Source: Lingula anatina (Eukaryota > Animalia > Brachiopoda). Taken from it: DNA of 64,000 nt. This document shows, one piece after another, positions 13,401-25,649 of this stretch. The position numbers were made by a program, and so were the translations under genes. The notes beneath the pieces are model-generated. The model did no database searches. It was not told the origin of the DNA and worked only from the letters and a program-made list of their open reading frames with translations. Location of the stretch: NCBI GenBank assembly GCA_051362555.1, contig CM120646.1, positions 10,478,001 to 10,542,000 on the forward strand, given 5' to 3'. Within the stretch, counting starts at the first letter, position 1. Each line of letters begins with the position of its first letter.

Positions 13401-16400
13401 ATCACTTTGGAAGCCAGAATCATTCTTTTCTGCAGAAAGAGATCAAGATAGGAGCTAAGGGACTTATATTTAACAGGACTACTGTTTAATTTTTCAGAGC
13501 ATCTAAATTTTTCATAGCTGCAATGCAGGCCTAATGAAAATAATAAAGACGTAAATAAATACATGTATGGTGGCCTTGTGGCTACTTAGGGCAAGAGCAT
13601 ATATGACCTGTTTAGTGTAATGTCAGTCATACACATACCTTAACTTAAGTGTTTTAATTAGTTACATTACGGTATAATTATGCTTATTTGCATTATGGTT
13701 AAGGCACCAGTAATATCCTAAGACTGGGTTCCCATGCTTAGATCAATCCATCTGGATCGATCCAACTCCCTGGGGAGTCTCACTAAATTGCTGTCAACTA
13801 ACCAGCTTAAATATCTGTAACATCTACCGAATCAGCTAGAGGGTAAAGATAACTAGATAACAGTCTTGTGCTTAACAAGCTCTTTAAATGCAATCAACAA
13901 AAGTTCTCAAAATATGTAAAAATAAAAAAAAACATAACTAGAGGATCAGAGAGGCGATACCGCCTCCGAATATTGTACCACCAGCTGGAGCAAGCGCATT
14001 TGTATAGACCCCCACATATACAAAATAAGGGACACAGCCACCAGTCTTGTGCTTGACAAGCTGTAAAAATGCAATCAACAAGAATTTTCAAAATATGCAA
14101 AAAATACATATAACTAAAAATGGTACAATCAAATTTAAGTTCATCGTAAGGTAGGTCAAAGGTCAATTTCAAGGTCACAGTAAATTGCCAGTATATGACT
14201 TCCTATTTAAGTTCAATAGTAACTATGGACCTATCTCTGCCAGGTTTGGAGTTAAAAGAGAAAGAAACTAGAGGATCAGAGAGGCGATACCGCCTCCGGA
14301 TATTGTACCACCAGCTGGAGTAAGCGCATTCGTATGGACCCCCCCCCCTCCAAAAAGGGACACCATCACCAGTCTTGTGCTTGACAAGCTCTATAAAATG
14401 CAATCAACAGGAGTTCTCAAAATATACAAAAAAATATAATTAAAAAAAAAGGTCAGTATATGACTTTCTATTCAACTTCAATAGTAACTATGGACCTATC
14501 TCTGCCAGTTTTGGAGATATAAGGGACTAAATGATATAATTTTGCAGTTACCATAATGTGCCATAAATTTCCTACAGAAAAAATTAATCAAAATAAAGAA
14601 AAGGTCATTTCAAAATTCTTGAAATGGGAGGTGCTCTGAAGTTCCAGATGTTCTAATTTGATGAAATAATGTCATTTTTGACCACAAGTTGCCTGCTTTG
14701 CCAAGCCTTATGTTTTATTTTTCTGGAGTTCAAAATTAATTATCCATTACCGTACTGCACATTTTGCTTTCACCACCAATATGTACTTTTTGATACAGCG
14801 TAAATTTGGAGATGAAAGGGAAGCAAAATTTGCAAAGTTCAGTTCATGGTGAAAAGTAGGTCAAAGGTCAATTTCAAGGTCACATTCAGATTGCCAGTAT
14901 GACTTCCTATTCAATACAACAGTAACTATGGACCTATCTCTGCCAGTTTTGGAGATAAAAGGGAAGCAAAATTTGCAAAGTTCAGTTCATGGTGAAAAGT
15001 AGGTCAATTTCAAGGTCACAGTAAGATTGCCAGTATATGACTTCCTATTCAACTTCAATAGTAACTATGGACCTATCTCTGCCAGTTTTGGAGATAAAAG
15101 GGAAGCAAAATTTGCAAAGTTCATGTGATGAAAAGTAGGTCAAAGGTCAATTTCAAGGTCACAGTAAGATTGCCAGTATATGACTTCCTATTCAAGTTCA
15201 ATAGTAATTATGGACCTATCTCTGCCAGTTTTGGAGATAAAAGGGAACCAAAATTTGCAAAGTTCAGTTCATGGTGAAAAGTAGGTCAAAGGTCAATTTC
15301 AAGGTCACATTTAGATTGCCAGTATATGACTTCCTATTCAACTTCAATAGTAACTATGGACCTATCTCTGCCAGTTTTGGAGATAAAAGGGAAGCAAAAT
15401 TTGCAAAGTTCAGTTCATGGTGAAAAGTAGGTCAAAGGTCAATTTCAAGGTCACAGTAAGATTGCCAGTATATGACTTCCTATTCAACTTCAATAGTAAC
15501 TATGGACCTATCTCTGCCAGTTTTGGAGATATAAGGGACTAAATGATATAATTTTGCAGTTACCATAATGTGCCATAAATTTCCTACAGAAAAAATTAAT
15601 CAAAATAAAGAAAAGGTCATTTCAAAATTCTTGAAATGGGAGGTGCTCTGAAGTTCCAGAAGTTCAAATTTGATGAAATAATGTCATTTTTGACCACAAG
15701 TTGTCTGCTTTGCCAAGCCTTATGTTTTATTTTTCCAGAGTTCAAAATTTATTATCCTTTACCGTACTGCACATTTTGCTTTCACCACCAATATGTACTT
15801 TCTGATACAGCATAACTTGAAAACCGTACGGAATACAAAAAACGGAGACCACCTCCAGTGTTGGGCTTTACATGCTCTACAAAATGCAAAAAAGAATGGG
15901 TCTCTAGCATTAACAGTTCCCGAATTAGAGACAGTTTTCAGTTTCGCCATCTTATGGCCGCTACTCCGGTGAAAATGCACTGATTGACCCCAAATTCACG
16001 GAGATGAAGGATGACCTGAAGGGTAACACTTTCCAATAATATTATTGGTTAAGTCTGTGTGGTGTCTGAATAACAGGGCAAATAATTTTTTTTTCGTAAA
16101 AAAATTCATTTTTTTGAAAATTTTGGCCCGTTTGACCTTGAAATAAAGGTCAAAGGTCAAATCCAATGGCATATTTGAAATCTACACATAAGACTTTTGG
16201 AAAGCCGTCTGTAGAAATTTTTCCCATAATTCCTTCCGTAGGGTAGATAATTAGCATTTAATTTTGCCATTTTTAGACAAGGGTGCATTGCAATGAGTGC
16301 CACACCTAGACCCCAATACCGACAAAGCCCAAATTTTATGTGGAACGAGTTGAGATTATAGGTGACCTAAATCCAAGAGATGGGTACGGGGGCCCTTACT

Positions 16401-19400
16401 GTCTAGGAGGAGAAGCGGTAACGGTAGCCGTCCGGCGGAGCCGGCGGAACGATCCGGACGGGACTAAAACCATGTGTACCGCCAGCGCTAACGCTGGTGG
16501 TACAATTAACTAAAAATGGTCCAATCATGCAGATTTTGGAATTAACCTGTATTTTCCTAACATTGATCACTCCTGTGATTTTCTTGACAATAGACCTATT
16601 GGTTTTCCTTGAAATGTGTTATCATTGTTGAATCTGTAGTATGCTGACAAAAAAAGAAACCTTGGGGCAACACTATGGGCATATCTCTGCTAGTTTTGAA
16701 GATATGAGGGGCGAGAAAATATGCAAGTTCAGTTCTTGGTGAAAAAGTAGGTCAAAGGTCAATTTCAAGGTCACAGTATATGACTTCCTATTCAAGTTCA
16801 ATGGTAACCATCGGAATTTCTTTGTCAATTTTGGAGGGGTAAACATGCAAGGTGCAGTTCATCATAAAAAGTAGGTCAAAGCTCAATTTCAAGGTCATAG
16901 TTAGATTGCCAGTATATGACTTCCTATTCAAGTTCAACAGTAACTTTGGACATATGGACATAAGCATATATATATATATATATGCAGACAACTATAGTAA
17001 CTTTGGGCATATCTCTGCCAGTTTTCCAGATATAAAGGATACAAAATTTGCAAAGTTCAGTTCAAGGTGAAAATTAGGTCAAAGGTCAATTTCAGGGTCA
17101 TAGTTAGATTTGCAAGTATATGACTTCCTATTCAAGTTCAATAGTAAAAGTGATCGTATCTTTGCCAGATTTGGAGATATAAAGATCAGAAAAATTGCAA
17201 AGTGCAGTTCATGCTTCTCCCATGAAAATGCACCGATTGACCCCAAACTCTCAAAGATGAAAGGAGTCCCTGACTGTAACCCCTCACCATAACATGAGAG
17301 CTTAGGTCTGTGTAGTTTCTGAAAATTGGTACAAACAAATATTTTTTTGCAGAAAAGTCCCATTTTTAGAAAATTTTGGCCCATTTGACCTTGAAATAAA
17401 GATCAAAAGTCAAATCTCAGGGTATATTTGGAATCTCCACATATGGCTTTCGGACAGACTTCTGTAGTAATTTTTCCCATAATTCCTTCGGTTTGGGAGA
17501 TATTTAGCATTGAATTTTCCAAAATTTTGACAAGGGTGCGTTTCAAACGAGTGTCACACCCAGGCCAAAGCACCGACTGAGACAAAAATACCAGGGGATT
17601 CAAGTTGAGATTATATGTGACCTAAATCCAAGAGATGGGGACACAGGTCCTTGCGGTCTAGGAGGAGAAGCAGTAATGGCGACTTGTATTCCACGACACC
17701 CTGCGGAGCCAACGGAGCCGGCAGAGCACACGGAGCTGGCGGAGCTCACAGAGCCGTACGAGACGGGTCGGGACTAAAACCATGAGTACCGTCAGGGTAA
17801 CGCTGGTGGTACTAATTACCCCCAAACAGCTTTACTAGGCTTGACAGACATTTAAGTTGATCAAGTTGACAGCAATTTAGTAAGACTCCCCAGGAAGATA
17901 TATCGATCCAAATTTCTGTGGGAATGGTCCCTTATAGTTGAGTTTTTTAAAGTGGGGTTTTTGAATCCCTATAACTCCTATTATACATATCTAGTGGGTA
18001 ACAATTTAGTGTATGTCCTTGAGCATTTTGAGAAAAAAAATCTTGTGGTTGAAAGCCAAAAATGTTATGGAAAATGACATCCATCCTGGATTTTCTCAAA
18101 ATGCCAAAGATACATCACAGTAAATTTTTTTTTTCAAGACAACCAATATCAAAATGAACCAAATCAATAACAAACAAGGAAAAATATTTTCACTAGAATT
18201 ACAGTCTGGTCTAATTAGCAATCCAAGAATTAAATACTGCACATTACACTTACATCATCACCACTTCCGTTTTTAAGGTCAACCAAATATAGGTCCAGGT
18301 CAGAGCTGTAGGCACTGGACAGTCCACACATTGTGGATCCAAATGGCTGTACAGCCAGGTGTGGAAAGAACTTCTCTAACAAGTGTTGTATCTGGCCTCT
18401 CACAAAGCACCTTTTCAATATGTCAGTGTCCTGAACCTTCAAGGAGTTGTAAAGTAAATCTATCTGCCCTGTGATCTGGAAGAGGTGGGATCAGAATCAA
18501 GCTTAAACATGTCTACACTGAAAACAATGTTGAGACTGACGATGTCAGCATTAATTTATGTAATATGACTGACCATCCAATGTGCTCAATAAGACACCAA
18601 AGAGTTCTTTGTGAATACGTGTATATTTCACCACACATAATTGAAACTTGATAAGTTTTAGAACAGCACATCTGCCACAACGGCCTGAAAGATCAATTAT
18701 TGGGATTCTAATTTCTGTTTATACATTTAAGACTTTTCTTGTGGTTAAAGTTGAGGATTCAGACATGCTCCATAACACAATGGCCTGTTCATTCACACGC
18801 TCAGGGCTACATGTGCTAATGTGCATGTATTATTAGTGCATGTCTCACTTTGCAATGACCTTTAGGTTCAAATAAAATCTCACTGAAGCCTCTCTCTCTC
18901 TTCTCATCTTTCAAACTTATCTCTTTTTTCCAAGTTGGCTTATAACATATATATTTGTTCACATACCCCATCTTTGGCAAAATGTAAGTCATTATAGACT
19001 TTCTCCATAGGTTTCTTCTTTTGTGGTCTTAGTTCTTCATGCACTTCTCCCACTGGCAACCCACTAAGATATTTTTCAGGTAGGAAAATTTGTTGTCTAA
19101 ATTGACAAAAAAAAGGTAAAATCAGTATTTCTAGACCTACAGTCCCTTTACACAATATACAATCACAAACAAACACACTCACACCATATTTACCTAGACA
19201 CTAAAGAATCACTGGTGATACCGCCTCAGGGTATTGTGCAATTGTACCACCAGCTGGAAAAGTTCATTAGTGGTAAAAAGTAGGTCAAAGGTCAATTTCA
19301 AGGTCACAGTTAGGTTGCCAGCATATGACTTCCTATTCAAATTCAATAGTAACTATTAATAGTTATTTCACATTTCATTTTCAGTTCTAAATATTGCGAT

Positions 19401-22400
19401 GTTGTACTCTTTGATATACCACAACTCGTAAACCATACGAAAAAAAAAAAGGAAACCACTTCCAATGCAAGAAACAAAAGGTCTCTAGCACTTATGGTTC
19501 CAGAATTAGAAAGAGTTTTCATTTTCGGCATTAAATGACTGCTTTTCCCATGATAATGCACCAATTGACCCCAAACTCAAGAAGATGAAAGACGAAGATC
19601 CGAAGTATGACTCCTGCCCATGATATTATAGGTTAGGTCTGTGTAATTTCTGGAAATTTTTGGAAAAAAAATCCCATTTTTGGAAAATTTTGGCCTGTAT
19701 GATCTTGAAATAAAGGTCAAATCTAAGGGCATATTTGAAATCTCCACATATGACTTTCGGTCAGCCATCTAAAGTAACTTTTCACATAATTCCTTCGGTT
19801 TGGGAGATATGAAGCATCAAATTTTGCAAATTTTGGACAAGGGTCCAACGGCCACACCTAGATCTGTGCACTGACAGAGCCCAAAATTTACATGGAACAA
19901 GATGAGATTATGTGTGAACTTAATCCAAGAGATGGGTACACAGGCCCTTGTAGTCTAGGAGGAGAAACGAACATGGTGAAATGGCGGCAGATACGGCGGA
20001 GCCAGCAGACAAGACAGGTTGGTACTAAAACCAGCGTCATGCTGGTGGTATAATAAATGGATATGACAATCTAATAAATGATTTTCATGTTTTAATTAAA
20101 TGAATGTGGCACACCTAATGCCTTTATGTATTGAATCAGTTAACTATGGTAGGCTCACAGTGTACCTTTGCATTCACGTACAGCAAAACGTGATATTTTT
20201 CTTTACATTTTTTGTCCACCTATTAAGTCACCTCCTAATATAACATTAAAAATACAACATATCAGTGTGATAATAAACCTTGAGAATGTTGCCTAGCATG
20301 TGGTTTTTCCAGTTACTCACTTTGGTATCTATGTAATTGTTTATTTAATAATAACATATGAACCATATCAGTTAAATTCACGTGTCACAAATCTAAAAAA
20401 ATATCAGTATTTTCTGATCAGTAACAGGGTGTCTGGCAGCCATTCTGGAAATTTTAGGAATTTTTTTAGGAATTTTCAAGAAAAATAAGGATTTTTTAGC
20501 AATCAAAAAGTGCTATAATGGGTGTATTTGACTTATGAATTAGGTTCGAGGTGATTTTAAGAACAAAATGTGATGCATACAGGTCTCTTCTTAAACTAGA
20601 GGATCAGAGAGGCGATACCGCCTTCAGGTATTGTACTACCAGCTGGAGAAAGCGCATTTGTATGGAAAACCAAACAAGGCAGCAAAGCTGTCAAATGTAC
20701 AGACAAAAAACAGAAAATAAAGATGCAAAAAAAGGTCATTTTGTCAATTTTGATGCAATAATAAATAATGCTTAAAATAGCACTGTCAGTCAACACTGAA
20801 TTTTAATCATGCACAACAGGTAACATGGTCAATAACAGGAGCGGACCCTGAGATATTTTCTGACAGTATTCCAAAGTATCTATGTTGATCCCTCCTCCAT
20901 TTTGATGGTCTTCCAACAGAAAAAAATAGATACCAATCAATATAAACTTAATAACCTGTCTTCAAGAAGACCCAGAAAATGGTCTCAATCCACCCCTTCA
21001 ATAAGATTACAGTTTCAGGACCATGAGAGACTATAGTCACATGATGAAAGTCTCAATATTTGAACAAGGCAGCAAAGCTGTCAAATGTACAGACAAAAAA
21101 CAGAAAATAAAGATGCAAAAAAGGTCATTTTGTCAATTTTGATGCAATAATAAATAATGCTTATAATAGCACTGTCAGTCAACACTGAATTTTAATCTTG
21201 CACAACAGGTAACATGGTCAATAACAGGAGCGGACCCAGAGATATTTTCTGACAGTATTACAAAGTATCTATGTTGATCCATCCTCCATTTTGATGGTGT
21301 TCCAACAGAAAAAAATAGATACCAGTCAATATAAACTAATAACCTGACTGTCTTCCGGAAGACCCAGAAGATGGTCTCAATCCACCCCTTCAATAAGATT
21401 ACAGTTTCAGGACCATGAGAGTTCAAATTCACATTATGAAAGTCTCAATATTTGAAAAATGATGACAGTGCATAAAATAATATTACATAATGTTTAAAGA
21501 CATAAAAAACAATATAACTGCTTATGTAGAAATACAGAAAATGTGCAGAGCCCCAGGCAGATGACAGCCTGCCTGGGGCTAAAAGTCACAAATGCAAGTG
21601 TTTGAGAAAAAATTATAAAGGAAAACAACAAAACTAGAAAAGCACTTTGAGAGTGCAGACCTCTGCCAAGGCAGCAATTGTTGATTATTAGTGATAATTG
21701 ATTGATTATTGATCCGGACCACCACCAAAAATTAATCATTGTCCTCTTTGGTCCACTTCCGACAGTTCCTGAAAATTTCTGCAAAATCAGTCCATAACTT
21801 TTTGTGTTATGTGGATGACAGACAAACAGGGGTGAAAATATAACCTCCTTGGCAGAGCTTGAGGTAAATATAATTCCAATGAAGCTGCTATTCAAACTTT
21901 TAATCTTCCAGTTTGATATATATATATATATTTAAAACTTATTTGCAATATTAAACAAAATTTACCTGCATAATTATCACTGCTTCCTTATTATTAATCT
22001 AGCAGAGAGCTTTACCTTTGGGAGTTTACAGGGAAATATCAACAAGTGTGCTTTACGTAATCTCATTTAATGGCCTATTAAAGCAAATGACTTTATAACT
22101 CTGAAATTAATCTAGTGATACCCAAGGGTAATTTACAGACTGACCCACTCAAAGGTCTTCAGGCCCATAAGTCACACCTTAAGAAAAGCACAAAACCATA
22201 ATGCCCAAAATAGGAGACTACCAATCCTGATGCAATAATACATTATGTTTAACTGCACAGTCAACATCAACTTATGCACAACAGGTAACACAGACGAAAG
22301 TAAAAGCATAAGGCTTCAGGCCCATCAGAGTTCAAGTTTATACTTAGAAAGTGCCAGAATGAGAAAAATGAAAATTTCACAAAAAATGCATAAATACAAT

Positions 22401-25400
22401 AAACATGATAATCCAATAGAGCTGGTTTTCTCATGAGCTGAAGGCCAATCCTAAAAATCGTACTTGTAAGTTTAAAATTATAATAAGTAGCACAGTTTTC
22501 TTTTCATAATGTTTGCAGTAGCAGTGCAAAAAGATTGTCAATTTTGATGTAACAATACATAATAAATTACAGAATAATTATCACCAATTTTTGTTTATTG
22601 ACTATAAATAGGATGGACATGTAGAAAATATGATTACCATTTGGCTTCATGTCCATGGGAGCTCCGAGTCCCACAATGAATATGCCAAAAAAGATAATGA
22701 ATATAACACTAAAATGTATAACTTCCAGAAAAAGAAGCCAATTAGACTGCTTTTCTAACTCAGGCTGCATTTTAGTCCTGTGTTTCTTTTTTGAAAATTT
22801 GACAGTCATAAGTAACACGGTTTTTCCATAATGGTCATCAAGGCAGCAGCACCAAAAATTGTGTTTTCTTCTATTTTGATGCAACATTACATAATGCTTA
22901 ACAGCATAATGACCATCGATTTTTAATAATAAAATATAAGTGTCATGGATTTTCACAAAATGTGACTAGCACGGGTCTTCAAGCCCGTGGAGGTTCTAAG
23001 TCGCACCTTGGAAATGCCAATATGTGAAAAATTAAATTTTCACAAAAAAATGTTTAATTGCCAGAAAAATTTACCAAACAGACTGCATTGCATACTGAAG
23101 CTGTATTTTAGACCCATGTTTCTTTCCTGTAAGTTTGAGAACAGTAATTGACATGATTTTTGTTAAATGGTCATCATGGGAGCAGTGCCCAAAATAGGGG
23201 TTTCTTCAAATTTTGATGCAACATTACATAATGTTTAACAGCATAATGACCATCAATTTTTAATTATAAAATATTAGTATCACGGATATTCAGGAAATGT
23301 GACAAGCAAAGGTCTTCAGGATCATGGAACTTCAAAGTCACACCTTGAAAATGCCAATAAGTGAAAAATTAAATTTTCACAAAAAACTGTTTAATTGCCA
23401 GAAAAATTTACCAAACAGACTGCATTGCCTACTGGAGCTGTATTTTAGTCCCATGTTTCTTTCCTGTAAGTTTGAGAACAGTAAGTGACATGATTTTCCT
23501 TAAATGGTCATCATGGGAGCAGTGCCCAAAATAGGGGTTTCTTCAAATTTTCATGCAATATTACATAATGTTTTACAGCATAATGACCATCAATTTTTAA
23601 TTATAAAATATTAGTATCATGGTTATTCAGAAAATGTGACTAGCAAAAGCCTTCAGGCCCATGGAACTTCAAAGTCACATATTGAAAATGCCAAAATGTA
23701 AACAATACAGCACTGTTCTGAAATGGGTTTATTTCCATTTTTAACACTTTTTAAACATAAAACAAAATAAACAGTTTACTGCCATTTTTATATGACCAAT
23801 GAAGAAAATTGATGAGATGGGAAAAGTATCAATAGAACAGTGTTAAATGCCCAACTTCCTCCATTCTGAGATTCTGAACATAGTGGATGAATGCATCTGA
23901 CAAACTGCAATGATATGAGTTTATTTCCATTTTTGACACTTTATTACACAATACATGATAACAAGTTTACCATCATTTTTACAAAATCAACTAACAATGT
24001 TGTAAAGATGCAGGAAATGCCAAACAAACACATTTACGTATCTTATTAGTTCAATAATGAGACTGTTAACATGCCTAAGAATTGAATGTGAGGAAATGTG
24101 AAAAAACAGCATTACCTTTTAAAATAATGGACTGATTATGCTGATTTTCAAACTCAACCTGCGTTTTAGTAAGATTGGCCCCTCCTGTGAGTATAATGAC
24201 AATTGGCCAATCTGTTTTTCTTATATTGTGTTATCAGTGTTGCATATATACTGAAAAAAGTGAAAAAAAACAGCATAAATTCCCTATAAGTGACCCGATC
24301 GTGCTGATTTTCGAACTTGACCTGCGTATTATGAATATTTATCAGTTCTGTAAGTTTCAAGCCAAAGGGTAAAACAGCTCTTCATTTATTGTGTTATCAG
24401 TGTTGCAAAAATGCTGAAAAAAAGTGAAAAAATAGCCTAAATTCACTAAAAATTACCCAATCATGCTGATTTTCGAACTTGACCTGCGTATTATGAATAT
24501 TCATCAGTTCTATAGGTTTCAAGCCAAAAGGTCAAATGGTTTTCCATTTATGGTGTTATCGGTGCTGCATATATGCTGAAAAAAGAGAAAAAATAGCCTA
24601 AATTCACTAAAAATGACCCAATCACGCTGATTTTCGAACTTGACCTGCGTATTATGTATATTCATCAGTTCTGTAAGTTTCAAGCCAAAAGGTAAAATGG
24701 TTTTCCACTTATCGTGTTATCGGTGCTGCATATATGCTGAAAAAAGTGAAAAAACAGCATAAATTCCCTATAAGTGACCCGATCATGCTGATTTTCGAAC
24801 TCGACCAGCGTTTTATGAATATTCATCAGTACTGTAGGTTTCAAGCCAAAAGGTACAATGGTTTTCCACTTATCGTGTTATCGGTGCTGCATATATGTTG
24901 AAAAAAGTGAAAAAACAGCATAAATTCCCTAAGAGTGACCCGATCATGCTGATTTTCGAACTTGACCTGCGTATTATGAATATTAATCAGTTCTGCTAGT
25001 TTCAAATCAAAAGGCAAAATGGTTTTCCACTTATCGTGTTATCGGTAAAAGTGCACGGCGACGGCGACGACGGCGACGACGGCGACGGCGGCGACGGCGG
25101 CGACGGCGACGACAGACGCAGATGATGGCTATATGTACAGACACATCTGTGTCTGTACATAAAAATGATGACAGTGCATAAAATAATTTTATATAATGTT
25201 TAAAGACATAAAAAACAATACAATTGCTTATGTGGAAATACAGAAAATGTGCAGAGCCTCGAGCGGATGAGAGTTAAAAGTCACAAATGCAAGTGTTTGA
25301 GAAAAATTGTAAAGGAAAACATAACAAAACTAGAAAACCACCGAGAGTGCAGACCTCTGCCAAGGCAGCAATTGTTAATTATTGTTGATTATTGATTGAT

Positions 25401-25600
25401 TGATTATTGAGCCAGACCACCACTAAAAACTAATCATTGTCCTCTTTGGCCCAATTCTGACAGTTCCTGAAAATTTCAGCAAAATCAGTCCATAACTTTT
25501 TGAGTTATGTTGATGACAGACAAACAGGGGTGAAAATATAACCTCCTAGGCAGAGCCTGAGGTAAATATAATTTCAATGAAGCTGCTATTCAAACTTTTA

Positions 25601-25649
<49 letters not shown>

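Noticed and set aside
14810-15530. Regular repeats resembling a CRISPR array
   Set aside because: Whole units repeat with no unique spacers, there are no cas genes, and the context is eukaryotic.
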